A DNA stretch of 59,134 nucleotides, filler included, from Sphacelaria rigidula (taxonomy: Eukaryota): NCBI GenBank assembly GCA_964200075.2. It is 5 parts of 5 records of this genome, joined end to end, with 100 filler letters (N's around TTAATTAATTAA, not from the genome) between each part and the next. Parts side by side here need not be neighbours in the genome. Positions count along the whole stretch, not along the records: positions 23,696 to 35,442 come from CAXNAA020004557.1; positions 35,543 to 47,288 come from CAXNAA020004558.1; 3 more parts are not named here. The stretch is one strand, 5' to 3'. Positions 24,100 through 36,385 of the stretch are shown here, piece by piece. Both the position numbers and the translations under genes were made by a program. The notes under the pieces are model-generated. The model saw only the letters and a list, made by a program, of their open reading frames with translations, did no database searches and was not told the origin of the DNA. Each line of letters begins with the position of its first letter. Position 1 is the first letter of the stretch.

Positions 24100-24411
24100 G
24101 CAACCCTAACATGCTTGGGGGTATCGTACAGCCCAACTCCGACTGCGGTCGCCACCGTCTTTCCCGACGGGGGGCTTTTCGGCGAGACCCCTACACCGTT
24201 CCTCGCCACCCGAGTCCCGTCCGGCGGCACGAACTTTGTAACGGGCTCAACCCCCGCACCGATGGGCTCCATGAGCAAGGGTGTTGGAAATGGCACCGTT
24301 CTCTCCGCTACTGAAGCTATTGGTTTGGGAGTTGGAGTTGTGGCCGGCGCCCTGCTGTTAGGTGTTTGTGGGACGATACTCATCAAGAGGAATAGCGATC
24401 GCGCTGTGTAG
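24100..24411 (+). CDS. Terminal exon of a type I single-pass membrane protein (Pro/Thr-rich stalk, TM helix, short basic tail)
   Basis: ACACAG acceptor; open frame ATLTCLGVSYSPTPT...AIGLGVGVVAGALLLGVCGTILIKRNSDRAV*; AATAAA at ~24552. Confidence 0.75.
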   Translation, partial: ATLTCLGVSYSPTPTAVATVFPDGGLFGETPTPFLATRVPSGGTNFVTGSTPAPMGSMSKGVGNGTVLSATEAIGLGVGVVAGALLLGVCGTILIKRNSDRAV

Positions 24412-25939
24412 GGTGGTCTTGGCAAAGACAAGGAGTAATATACCATCTTGGCCAGTCCTACCACATAAATATGGGTATGAAAGACAGGGTCATTGTCCAT
24501 ATGTAATGTATTTCACGTATGGAAGAGCTGAATTTTAATCGTGTGCACTGGAATAAAAAGAAGTGTTGTTTTGTTTGTGTCCCAGTAAAGATCAGGTGTG
24601 ATGCTTTCAGTGTTTTGTCTTGTTTGTGCTGTGAGTTATTTTACGTCTGTATAGATTAAACAGATCATGGAATAAAATACGAAAACCATTCAGGATAATG
24701 TGCTTGATTTGCTGTTCACGCGCTTGTTGTGTGTGTGTTGGAACATGTTCACGTGAGACATTTGAGAAAAGGCTTTTTAATAGTACGGCACGCCTGTACG
24801 CACATATATGTGCATATACATGGTTGTCTTTCGGTTGATTCATGTATAGATGTATACGTGTGTGTCTTGATGTAGGTGTGCCCCTGTCCGACTCCGTTCC
24901 CTGTTACCTGTAAGTACCTGTTGAGAACCAACAAACTTTTTGCGTATTTCTGGGGTTCTGGCTGGTCGAATTGGCGAGTGGTTGATTAGCTGGTGTTATT
25001 CGTGGCAATTTTCGTTGAGTAAAAAGTAGCACAATGTATTATTATGCCGTACAGTAAACCGTGCTGTCTCTCTCTCGCCATCTCTAATTTGTTCTTCTTT
25101 TTCGCTGGAACATATTCCCTGTAGAGATCGGCACCTCATTCATGTTGTTGAGAACCTGTATCGTATTGGATACATGCTCACGGGGCCGTTTTTATCGTAG
25201 CCGGGTGTCCATTTTCCCCATTTTTTGCATGGAACATAGATGTGCAACGTTTTCTGAGATGTTTTTCTCGTGAAAGTTGCACATACAGCCGATTTTCTCT
25301 GAAAAACTTACTATATACGAGGGAAGCGAGAAAGAGGGAGGTAGAGAGAGGGAAAGCTCACCCCGTTTTCCCATCGTTACAAATCGCCATGATTCTTCCT
25401 TGAGAAATATTGTGGCCATTTCGGACTTCTATGCGTGGTAGTGTATGCAGGAGAATAGAACTTGATCCCATCTGTTGCGCTGGACGTGGCACGCTGGCAC
25501 GATAGCTTTTCATATGATGTGGGACACCCCCCGTACTTGAAACGTTTCCGTTGATGTCACGGGGACGGTAGGGGATCTCCGGCGCTTGAAACCGTAGGTT
25601 GGAATCTGGTTTTTTATCCTGTGAGGGGATCTGGCACTTGAAATGGCCGTTAGAAACCTTTGCGCCGGGTTGAGTGTCTAGCATCTGATTAAGCGCGGGC
25701 TTTTCACCCCATTTTCACTTGAAAAAGAAGTAAAAACTATGCCTATTCCACAGGTATTTTGTTCTGGAGATGTTAAGTGTGAAATCGGCATTATTTGCAC
25801 TTGAAATGCTACAGCGTGACCCAGATTACCAGTCCGGTCGATCACAGAGTTAACATTTCGAAGAGTTAGTCATGGGGTATGTATTCCGAAACCAAACTAA
25901 CACCAACATACCATTCTTCAACATCGCGACCGGTTAATA

Positions 25940-26190
25940 CCCTACCCTAAAATTCGACTTAATGGTCGACGAGGGAAAGGGACTGCTAAAACCCTCTCGC
26001 GATGAAAAATAAAGGCAAGTACCGCAGAAGGAAGGTGGAGAATTAATTTCAAACAAAAAAGGACTCCTGTGTTGGCCTTCCTCCTGTGTGATCCCGGCTG
26101 GTGCGCCCACATATACCGAAAGGTGTAGACCGGCGTCCAGAATAGATGGGACGACAACACACTCGCATTCAACCTATTAATCGAATAACT
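25940..26190 (-). repeat. Probable brown-algal dispersed repeat (TGTGTTGTCGTCCCAT...CACACAGGAGGAAGG...CCTCGTCGACC)
   Basis: Single copy here; recognised only from recollection of brown-algal genome repeats and not verifiable in this window. Confidence 0.35.
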
Positions 26191-27935
26191 CAAAAATGTG
26201 TGCCATTATGTTGGACGTATAGTCGGAACCTGCTCAATGTACAACGGCGCATGAATGAGAGGAATGTCACGATGGGTGATATCGTCATTCCCCTTCTTTC
26301 AATGTTAACAAAAAGTATCGTTCCGTATTAATGCTAGTATAGCTGACGATTCGATTTCAAAAGTGCTCGGCAACGTCACTCGTATTCACCGTTTGACCGA
26401 CCGCTAGAAATGTGATCAGAAAGAAATGTGATCTCTTGAATCGGCAGCATTTACACTTGACACTCAGACATGCTGGTGTTCCATCTATTAATGGAACACG
26501 TGAAAACAACGTCTTCCTATGAAAACCTCACCCTCGATCTAATGATCTACGGTCAATCTGACGAAAAGGTTGTTCGTGCCGCGTGCGACGTGCTGTAGCC
26601 TACAAAACCCTCTAGGTAGTACAAGACAATAATACCTAGTGTCTCGTATTGAATCGGTCCTTCTCTGAGATATGAACACGCAAACGTTGTGTGTGTGTGT
26701 GTGTCCGTGCGTGCGTGCGTGCGTGCGTGTGCGGAGGGAGCGACGATCAGGGCCATCTCTGCTGATATTGCGGCTACGTGATGCGACAACTTGAATGAAC
26801 AAATTTCGTGGCAACATCCGGCAACTCAACTGCACCTTTTTGTTGCCTGATATATATTTTTTGTATTTTTTATCTCGTTATCATTTTTACGCATGGCGCG
26901 TGCATGCAGTCACAGATATCCTTTCCCCTTTCCGAAGAGTTGGTGGAGAGTGCCTGGATAATAAGGCCATCTCTGAATAGCTGAGTCGCAACCTGCCTCC
27001 ACGATCGTGCTTCTGTACGGCCCCCTCCCTCAAGCCCTGGCGGAGGCATGTTGGGAGGGTTGCTTGCGAAGCAAGAAAGAATCATGATGAGACCAGAAGT
27101 CAACTTTTCTCAGGGAAGAGGTGCGCCGGATTCACATTAACGCACCAAGCGTATCGCATGTAACGAGACGGATCTCGAGGAGTGTCCCAAACATAATATC
27201 TAGCTCACAGCTCGATGCCGATACTTTTGCAGAATCCAATCTATCGATTTTCCAGACTCCCGGCTCTTTGCTCGGATATTTATCGCGGGCAGGTCGACTA
27301 ATCACCACAGTCTTGTTTCGCGTCGGTCGGTAGCGCATGATGTGTCATGATTCTGATCGACGTAGTGGAACGCTATCAAACAGTATACCGACATGATGAT
27401 AGACGCAAGCGCTTCCGTTTCAGCCATTATCTGGTCGACTTCACCGAGCGGCTCGAAAAGGTGTAGTCTTCGCGTCTAGTCCGTGGAATGGAACATCTTT
27501 GGCCCCCGTCGTCTCACGAATGTCTTGTTGAGGCCGATACCACTTCCTGATCCGGCATCTGTGTCCGGGAATTTTGGCTGTACTGTTTCCTTCGAATTTT
27601 CCCATTTTTCTCCTTTTTTTGTTTTTCCTGTCTCTTGGCAAGTGCTGTTTTGTTCGTGCATTTATTTATTTCAAAAATATCTATATTCTGGCCACGGCTG
27701 AAATTGTTCTGGATCAATTCAGTGTGTGACGATCGGTCACTGAATCATTCAACCAAAACGCATATGTGCCAGCTCTCATTCCAATTGCCGCTGATGCTTT
27801 ATGTCGTCGCAAACGCTTCGAAGAAAACATTTTGCACAAGAAAAGGCATACCCTCCTCCCCCTCGAACTGCGGTTGAGGGTGTTGTATGACTGTGGAGTT
27901 TCATATTGAGAGGTTGGCGGAGCTTCATCCGATTG

Positions 27936-28084
27936 ACTTTTGTTATGCGGGGATGAAGGGAATTTGGGGCGTCTCCGCTTGGATGGTTGAGGCGGTCGAA
28001 AGTCTTTCTTGACAGCAATTCTCAGTCATGACTTGAGTTATGTGGGGGTGAAGGGAGTTCGAGGCGTCTCCGCTTGGAGGGTTG
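27936..28084. repeat. Diverged ~54-bp direct duplication
   Basis: GTTATG(C/T)GGGG(A/G)TGAAGGGA...GGCGTCTCCGCTTGGA.GGTTGA occurs twice. Confidence 0.7.
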
Positions 28085-29309
28085 ATAAAAACTTGATGAT
28101 TGTGACTATGGACTGCCCGTTTGTTCCTTGGTGTCTTGGTATCGCCGAGAGAGGGGGCGGGGGGGGCGAGGGGGGGGTGCTCGCCTCTTTGCATTATGAT
28201 TCTGAAGGGGATTGATGTTTATTATCGTGGTAGTAAACTGCATTTTGGGGGGTGGGGGGGATAGGGGGGGTGTTGTTGCTGGATTGATCGGATCTTGCAT
28301 CGTTATTCCCTGTGTTTTCTCTGATTTGCGTGATTATTGCGGAGCGAATTAATGGCTATCGTGGTAAGGGGCTGCCTGTTGTTTTGTCTGGGGGGGGAGA
28401 GGTATTGTGATTCCTAGGTTGGTCGTGTCTTGCATTGTTCCTTCCTGTGTTTCCTCTTCGCGGAGGGTGGGCAGGTGGATCGTCTTCTTGTCATTCTTTG
28501 TTGTTGACAAGTATTCTTGAATGCAAGAGGGTGACTGTATACTCCATAATTACAAGGAATGAATTATTGTCATGCCTATACTTGTTTCAGCATTATCAGT
28601 ATCGTTATTAGTCGGTACGCGTGATCACATCGTATTAAATAATGAACACGCCAGGCATGGGTCCGTTAAGGAGAATACTATGTCTTCCCAGTTTCCAAGC
28701 GCGCCCGAGGACCGCGCCACATTGGTCGACCAGCGAACCCCGGAAAGTTGTAACTTTTCCGGCAGAAAACTGTTCCGACCGATAGTCTCTTAAACCTCGG
28801 TATGAAATGCTGAACCTCACTTTTTCATGCAGCCTGTTTCTACCCAAATATTGGGTGCGCACTCTCAGTAATACTCTTAGGTATAGAGTATCACTTGGGT
28901 ATGATGATTAACCGTGACGACCGTCGGCGACTTCGTGACGTCACTTCACAGACTATGTTGCATATATTGGCGAACGATGGCGATCAATGAGATGATTGAC
29001 GTGACGTGACGTGCTACAATGAGCATGAGGGAATGGTGGCCATAAAAAAACAAAAAAAAGGGTGAGGGTGAATGAACCTACTTGCCCCATCTCACCTGTC
29101 CTCACCCATGGCAACACATACTTCATACCTCGCAACCTCTTCGACATCAGTTTCAATACAAAGCGCTACTTACCATCATTGAGCAATCGAGTAGACGGGT
29201 AGTCAGGTAGGTATTGTCAAAATGAGCGGCTCTACGGGCTGCACATCTGACTCCTGCATGGGCGACCCAGCGGCGGCAACAGTGCAAGGTCAGGTCGAGT
29301 AGAGGATGT

Positions 29310-29731
29310 ATTTTTGAATACTCGGGTAAAATGCCCGAGCATTTACTCTACTCAATCTTTGGGTAGATCGGGGACGGCCTCAATACTCTACTCAAATTTC
29401 GAGTTTATTGGATACGACCTCAAAACTTTTCCTCAAAGTTTGGGTAGATTGAGTACGACCTCAAATATTCTTCTCAAATATTGCGTAAGTACTCTGGGTA
29501 ATAACTGAGGATAGACTATCGCTTGGATATGACCTCAATACTCTAATCAGATTTTGGGCAGATTGAGTATGACCTCAAATACTCTACTCAATAAATTTTG
29601 GGTAGATTGAGTACGACCTCAAATACTCTACTCAAATATTGGGTAAGTACTCTCAGTAATACTTGAGTATAGAGTATCCCTTAGATACGAGCTCAGCACT
29701 CTACTTAAATTTGGGTAGATTGAGTTTGACC
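29310..29731. repeat. ~40-45-bp minisatellite (GGGTAGATTGAGTACGACCTCAAATACTCTACTCAAAT), left part
   Basis: Multiple tandem diverged units; resumes at 35015 after the Gypsy insertion. Confidence 0.85.
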
Positions 29732-30178
29732 TGTAGCCAAATGATACCAAGCCGAAAGGTTTCAGTATAACCGCATGCATGATTGGAGCAGTGGCAGGGG
29801 ACAGGGGATCCTGGACTGATGGCCCTCTTCTGTGTGGCCCCTTGCTGTCAGGCTCGTAATCTTTTGAGGATCACTCCGTGATAATAACAACTTAGAAGGA
29901 AGGGTTTGTCGAGCACGAAGCCAGTGATACTGGAGGAGTCCCTCGTTGGAAGTCCTCTTGTCCAGATCGTCTGGGAGAGGCTAAAATATCTCGATATTAT
30001 TCCCGGCACTCTATTGGAGGAGTTTAGCTGAGGAAAAGGGGTCGCAGCTGGAGGCAGTTTGGCCCGCAGGCGGATCGAGACCAACTTGAAGCGCACAGCG
30101 GTGGAGGACACTCCGTGGGCTGGAGGACACACAAGTCAGGCAAGAGTCTCTCCGTGAAGTGTTTGTGTCAAGGAGGAC

Positions 30179-30970
30179 ATGGCTCAAGCAGCGGCAGCGC
30201 CGCTGGTTTTGGGCGGGCTGCTAGATCCTTCAAAGTATGGCGAGGTGTGGACCGAAGAAGCATAACACGCTTTTTACGCCGCTTATCTCGATTACAAAGA
30301 GCATTTGTACCTTGCGATGCACAAGGAGTCGGAAGGCATGCAAGGGTGAGCATTGCACAACCCATTCCTTTATACATCCGTGGGTGCTTTAAAGGCATGT
30401 AAAACCGTCGTGCTATGACCCCCGAGGAAGTGCTAGATGCTGTGAAGCAGCATGCCGGGTACATCACAACCGGCGGCAAACAAGATACTGCGCGGGCTGC
30501 AGCAGACCTGCCTAGAGTGCTAACAATGCAGCAAAGCGGTGGAACATCCGTCAAGGATAGAGTAATCACGGTTAACTCATCGATAGAAACGTGTTTTGCT
30601 GAAAATCTCACGGTGCAAGCCATGTACCGTGCGGAGGGCAGGAGCTGGTTGCCAGGCCCGGCCGAGTCGGTTTCCACAGCTTTGGTAGACAGGATTTCGC
30701 CTCCGGACTTCAAGGCGTATATCAGAAGCGTATTCACATATGTGGACGGCTGGGAAAAGAATCCGACCGTGGTGTTCAACAGGATGTTTGATGCCGTCGA
30801 CCACCGGAAGTTCATCGAGGTGCATGGCCGGCGCGACTCTGCGGCAAGTGCAGGTGGTGCGCGCCGCAAACCACAACAGAAACAGCAACAGCAGTCGTCT
30901 TCGCGAGGGTCGTCCACTCGGTCATGTTACAACTGCGGCGACAGCGGACACCTGATTTAGGATTGCCCCA
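30179..30970 (+). pseudogene. gag: Gag-like region with zinc knuckle
   Basis: ATG at 30179 (MAQAAAAPLVLGG...), in-frame stops and a frameshift; CYNCGDSGHLI*DCP is CX2CX4HX4C with a nonsense codon. Confidence 0.8.
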
Positions 30971-31438
30971 AGTCTCGCGCTCAAGGCGTTGCTCGAAGGA
31001 ATGCGCGAGATTCGTCAGGATCTCGCGGCAGTAGTGACGGTGGACGGGGCCGTGCCAACCATGGACGCGGGAGCGGCGGCCGCGGTAGCAAGCAATCGGC
31101 CGCGGATGGTGGCTCCTCCGCTGCTGTTTCTCCGACCACGTCTTCAGGTGGTGCCTCTGGATCTTATGGTTCGTCCGTGTCGGGGCGGGCAGTGTACGTG
31201 AGAAATGCGAATACTTCGGTGGGGAGTGCTGGAGCGAATAGTTCTCAACCCCTCGGCCAGGTAGGATCAGTGTCTGGTGCATCTTCTACTGCTGCGATGG
31301 CTGTAACAGCGCCGTCTGCATATTCGGCGACTTGGTCTGGGTGGACCGCCGATTCTCAACTATCGATGCCAAGTACTGGAGCGCAGGTAGCCCTAGCGTC
31401 AGGGTACTCTTGATACCGACCAGGGATCTTCGGCAGGT

Positions 31439-34400
31439 GTGGTGCCTGTCGATTGCAACGCAGAGTGTTTACGCGGAGATCTTTTCTTTCCTGGTTCCGT
31501 AGGTCTGTTTATGGCCCGTGTCATTCTGTATTCTGGGTCCGCGCTCACGTCGATCGGTGTGGGGTTGCTGGAACAAATTTCTCCGCAGTTTGGCGGCGCT
31601 CAGCTTCAGATTCCGTTCGAAAACGGACCGCAAACGGCGCAGCCCGCCACGGGTGCTCCTCTGACGGTTACTCATATACTGGTGCCGATCGCTGTTAGCG
31701 TGCGTACGCCGTGGGGGGCTGTGGAGTTGCAGCTCATCACTTTCGCTGTCATGCCCGGCAGGGGCAACGTGATCCTGTTTGGGATGGCGACCATGACGGA
31801 GCTTGGGATCGATTTGACCCCGCTGGCGTTGAAGAAGTTACACCCGCAGCCTGTGCCGGTGCAAAATGGCGTGGGAAATCCCAGCTATCTTGCCGCGAGG
31901 CGTGTCACCGTGTCCATACGGTCGTTCCAGAGAGCCAATGAGGAGGAGGCTCCCGCGGATGAAGCGGTGGAGCGCTGGATCGATCGGGGGCCCGACATGT
32001 TCATGGACCCAGCGAAGGAAAGAGATGCCACAGAACGTGGGCTAGAGCATAGCGTGCAGCAGGCCGAGCAGAACGGCCTGAGCGCCGATGGCGCATATCG
32101 TCTGCGTGATATATTGACTCGTCGCGTGGACTCATTTCGTCGTGCGCTGCGTGGTGACCCGCCAGCGCGCGTGGAGCCAATGAGGGTGCAGCTTAAGTCA
32201 CAGGCGAAGGTTGTGAAGGCCAAGCCCCGCCGTTACGATCCGGTGAAGACCGGGTGGCTTGCTTCATGCATCGCAGCTTTGGTGGCGTTTGGTTTGTTCG
32301 TCAGGAACACTCAGGCTGTGTGGGCGAGTCCGGCGATGGCGGTGCCGAAGCGGGACAAATTCCGTTTGGTCAGAGCAACTACCAGGCGGTGAACGCGCAA
32401 GTGGAACAGTTTCCGGAGGTAATGCCAAGCCGAGAAGACATAAGGGAAGTGCTGGGAGCACAATGCTTCGGCAAGTTGGACCTGCTCCAGGAGAATTGGA
32501 AGATGCCTCTGGCGCCGGAGGCTCAGGAGATCTTCACGATCATCACGCCTGACGGTTTGTTTACGCCTACTCGTGTCCCACAGGGCGTGTTGAACGCCAC
32601 GGCGTATTTCCAAGGTGTGTTGACTGACATTTTGCGATGTCTAAACTGTAAAGTGTGGGTAGATGGCGTTTTCTATTTTGCTGAAACCGAAGAAGCATTG
32701 TTAGCTTTGCTTGACGAAATTCTTGGCCACCTGGAGAGTGTTCGCCTGTACGTCGCTGTGCATAAGTGCACATTTTTTGCCCGCGAAGTTGTTTGGTGAG
32801 GTAAGGTGTAACCGTTTCGCATGATCCCGTCCACATCCAAGGTTTGAGCAAAATGCGACGTCCTCAAACCGCTAGTGAGCTGATGCAGCTCCTCTGGGTG
32901 GTGAATTGGTTGCGGACTTCGCTCCCGCGCATGGCGGAAGTAGTGGCACCGCTTCGTGTGTTTTTGGATTAACTCATCGTAGGGGGTTCGCGTCGGACCA
33001 AGCGGGTGGCGCGTAGTCGTATCATCCCGGAGGACGCTTGGACGGAGGATCGTGTGCGGGTATGGCGTACTGCGCAAGATTTGGTGGCACAAGCGGTGCC
33101 ACTTTATCATCCTCGTCCAGGTTGCGTTGTTCTGATGTTTCCGGATGCTTCGGATTTCCACTGGGGTAGTTTTCTAACGCAAGTACCTATCGCCGAGTTT
33201 AGTAGTGGCATTGCGCTCGATAACATGTCACCCGAACCGTTGGCTTCTGTGAGTGGTAGCTTCAGGGGTGCACAGTTGTGGTGGGCGACAGTGGACACAG
33301 AAGGTTTCGCGATAGTCAATACATTTCGAAGGCTAGAGTACTTGCTTTGGGGGGGTGTTCGCATTTTCACCGATCATCGCAATCTGAAATACATTCTTAA
33401 CCCCGAAGAGTGTGTCACATCGGTGACGAAGGCCATGGCGCAACGGCTTGAAATTGGAAAGGAGTGCTCGGCCAATATCGGTATGCCATTGAACACATTC
33501 TTGGAGAGCGCAAATGTTGGGGCGATTTGTTGTCTCGCTGGGTGAAGCTTTATACCGTGCCTTTTCGTTCTGTTGTCGTGTATAGCCCGCGTGATACCGA
33601 TGATTCGCTGCCCTCGTTAGATGTCATTGATACCGCGCAGCGCAAAACAGTCGACGACGGTGTTCATTCTTTTCCGACGACTTTCGGCCAAGCTGCCTTG
33701 GCTGACGATGGTTTCTTTCGCGTGTGTGTTGGCAGTAGTGATGTTTTGTGGATTCCGTCGGATGATGAGGCTCTACAAACTCGCTTGATGGTGTGTGCTC
33801 ACATACGGTCGCCTGGTCATCGTGGTGTGGCGCCGACTCTGTTTCGTTTCAAAGAATACTGTGTGTGACCTCACATGGATTCCCACGTTAGGGAGTTCGT
33901 TCGCCAGTGTTTGCATTGTGTAGACACTCGTGCTGGTGCGATTGTTCCTCGTCCGTATGGCGATACTGTGCATGGTACTGCGCCAGGTGAAGTTGTTCAC
34001 TTTGATTTTCTGTACGTCGGAAGTAGCGGACCTGAAGGTGCTAATGGTTCGCCTGAGGAGGATGGTTTTCGGTACGTTTTGGTTATCACGGATGATTTTT
34101 CCAATTTCGTTCGGTTCGAGCCGACCGAGGCTTGCACCGCCGAGGTCACGGCTAAGCACTTGATGCATTGGTGCAAGACTTCGGGGGTGACGCGTGTGTG
34201 GGTTAATGATACCGCCACGCACTTCAAGAATCGAGTAATCGCGCAGCTGAGCGATGCGCTCAAGGTGCAATAATAATTTGCTGTTGTGTATACCCCTTGG
34301 TCGAGTGGTGCTTGTGAACGCATGGTGAAAGAGGTTGTTCGTGCGTTGCGGTCCATTTTGTCAGAACGAAGACGGCCGGTGTCCGCATAGGTTGATGTTT

Positions 34401-34918
34401 TGCCAGTCGCTCAGTGGGCGTTGAATACTTTTTTCTGTGAGCGCTACCGTGACACTCCGTATTGTGTGATGTTTGGGCGTGCGCCGCGTACAGCGATTTA
34501 CGCGCTGGCTTCTGTCACTGGCGGCGAGTGGAACGTCGATGTCATCGGGATACTGATCACGTGTATTCGGTGCAGAACATTGTTTCTGGCGCCGTACACT
34601 CGGCCCTATGTCCCTTGTTTGCGTTTCTATGCTGACTCGCAGTTGCACATCACTGCGGATCTAAAAAATGTTTTTCAGCATTCGTATACTCAAGATGAAT
34701 GCCGGATAAATGCTTTGGTGCACGTCGCTGAGGATGACAAAGGTGGTGTCGTTGTTTTGGTCGATTGGGATGGGTTCGGTACTGAAGAACGTACGTGGGA
34801 GTCTCTTCGCAAGATTCATTCTTTTGTTCCTGAATTTGTCGTGAAGGAACTGCGTAAACTGCGGTTGACTCGGGCGCTGACAAGTAAGTTAGCGTCGGAG
34901 TATGATATTTCTTTGTGA
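31439..34918 (+). pseudogene. pol: Pol polyprotein: protease, reverse transcriptase, RNase H, integrase, chromodomain
   Basis: PR ILYSGS (decayed DSG); RT FGKLDL...RVPQGVLNA...WVDG; RNaseH FPDAS...EGFAI...FTDHRNL; IN H..GH...CLHC, VHFDF, VNDTATHF, GACERMVKE; chromo VDWDGFGTEERTWE; several frameshifts and stops. Confidence 0.92.
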
Positions 34919-35014
34919 TCTGGCGCATGCGATTTCGCCTTGGTTTTTGTTGGTTGTCGAACTCGTTCGTTTGTCTTGAACTCGATTTTGAGGGTGCTGT
35001 AGCCAAATGATACC

Positions 35015-35140
35015 CCTCAAATATTCTCCTCAATTGTTGGGTAGGTTGAGTACGACCTCAACTACTCTACTCAAGTTTTTAGCATTAAATTATGACTTTT
35101 CAGAAATACCGAGTATTGAGTATACTCTACTCGACCTAAA
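35015..35140. repeat. Right part of the interrupted minisatellite
   Basis: CCTCAAATATTCTCCTC...GAGTACGACCTCAACTACTCTACTC matches the units at 29310-29731. Confidence 0.8.
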
Positions 35141-35251
35141 TTTTCCCAACGGTACGAGGTTACAAGTACAGGCTGTACTTGGCAAACACGGCACAAGTGA
35201 GCCTGTACTTGTAGCCTTGTACTACTGTGTTTCCGAGTATACAGACTGCAC

Positions 35252-35337
35252 TGGGGAGAGATGGGTTGATCCCTTGAGACCACGGACTCGTCCCGAGGAG
35301 TGGGGGGGTTAGAAGTGCGAGAAAATAGAAGAGAAAA
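35252..35337 (+). mobile_element. 3' fragment of the tRNA-derived SINE
   Basis: GAGAGATGGGTTGATCCCTTGAGACCACGGACTCGTCCCGAGG...AAGTGCGA plus A-rich tail. Confidence 0.75.
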
Positions 35338-35442
35338 GGCTGTACTCTGCAAGCACAGTAGTAGTGCACGGTTACAAGTACGGGCTGTACTCGCGAACAC
35401 AGTACTTAACAGCCGATTTTCGAAAATGGGGTTGAAAAAAAA

Positions 35443-35542
35443 NNNNNNNNNNNNNNNNNNNNNNNNNNNNNNNNNNNNNNNNNNNNTTAATTAATTAANN
35501 NNNNNNNNNNNNNNNNNNNNNNNNNNNNNNNNNNNNNNNNNN
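35443..35542. other. Artificial contig-joining spacer
   Basis: Same 100-bp N/TTAATTAATTAA/N structure. Confidence 0.98.
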
Positions 35543-35935
35543 GCCCGAAGCGTACTGGTTATCTTGCGTTTGGATGACAGCCTCCAATGAGTTGCTTCAT
35601 TTTCTGGTATCGCCACTTCCAGAGACAGCCATGGCTTATACACTGCCTCATGGGTGTCTCACTATTTGAACACTACGTAGTACAGTCATCCCCATTGTGC
35701 GGAGTTTAGGTTCTCCCACACCGCACAACATGATCTAGCTCAACTATCATCATGGTTACCGCCAGGAAAAAACGCAAGCGCGCAAAAACAATCGGTAACC
35801 TAGTTGCCTAGCTTACGCAGTGAGTGGCGTGTTTTACAGCGTCATCGCCAACCGACGCCAACCCCATCGGGAGTCCGCTCCTACAAAGCCGGGACGGAGC
35901 ACGCCGGGCTCTCGCCGGACCAGGCTCACGGCAGT
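35543..35935 (-). mobile_element. Family B retroposon 5' part (cut by contig end), abutting another family B 3' fragment
   Basis: Reverse complement of 35543-35875 aligns with 8976-9305; 35876-35935 matches the family B tail. Confidence 0.7.
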
Positions 35936-36284
35936 TGTTTTGGGGGGGCTACCGTAGAAAGACTCTGCATCTATTTATTATTTTGATCATTCTTTGCCCA
36001 GCAATTCCTTCATTGTTTTTTACGCCAGTCATTCTTTACACGTGCGAACTTTCGTCACACGACATTGATCGACTCCCTGCTGCTCCATTTTCCATCATGT
36101 CCCATCTTTTGAGCTCGATATCTGACAGTAAAGTTCTTAGTTTTTTCGAAAATCCGAGGCTTAATTTTTCACCAAGATATTTCTTATGAGCAGGCAGGCA
36201 CTGTATTAAAAGTGCAAGGCTTGTACCATGGGATAGACGAGTAGATTCCTTCGGACGATGGACTCGTCCAGTAGAAGGGTGTAG

Positions 36285-36385
36285 TCGTGAATGATCCTGC
36301 ATGTCGTAGTTATAATACGGTTGACCTCGCATGCCTACAAAGCCGGGACAGAGCACGCCGGGTTTTCACCGGACCAGGCTCGCGG
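36285..36385 (-). mobile_element. Family B retroposon 3' fragment
   Basis: TGATCCTGCATGTCGTAGT...TTGACCTCGCATGCCTACAAAGCCGGGACAGAGCACGCCGGG. Confidence 0.6.

Larger units (their letters stand above)
29732..35014 (+). mobile_element. Ty3/Gypsy LTR retrotransposon with chromodomain, decayed
   Basis: Order gag(CCHC)-PR-RT-RNaseH-IN-chromo; both ends carry TGTAGCCAAATGATACC; the flanking minisatellite is continuous across the insertion. Confidence 0.93.

Noticed and set aside
29310..29731. CRISPR array
   Set aside because: Tandem diverged units without unique spacers; a minisatellite.
30168..30917. 249-aa minus-strand ORF
   Set aside because: Antisense shadow of the GC-rich gag region, with no recognisable motifs.
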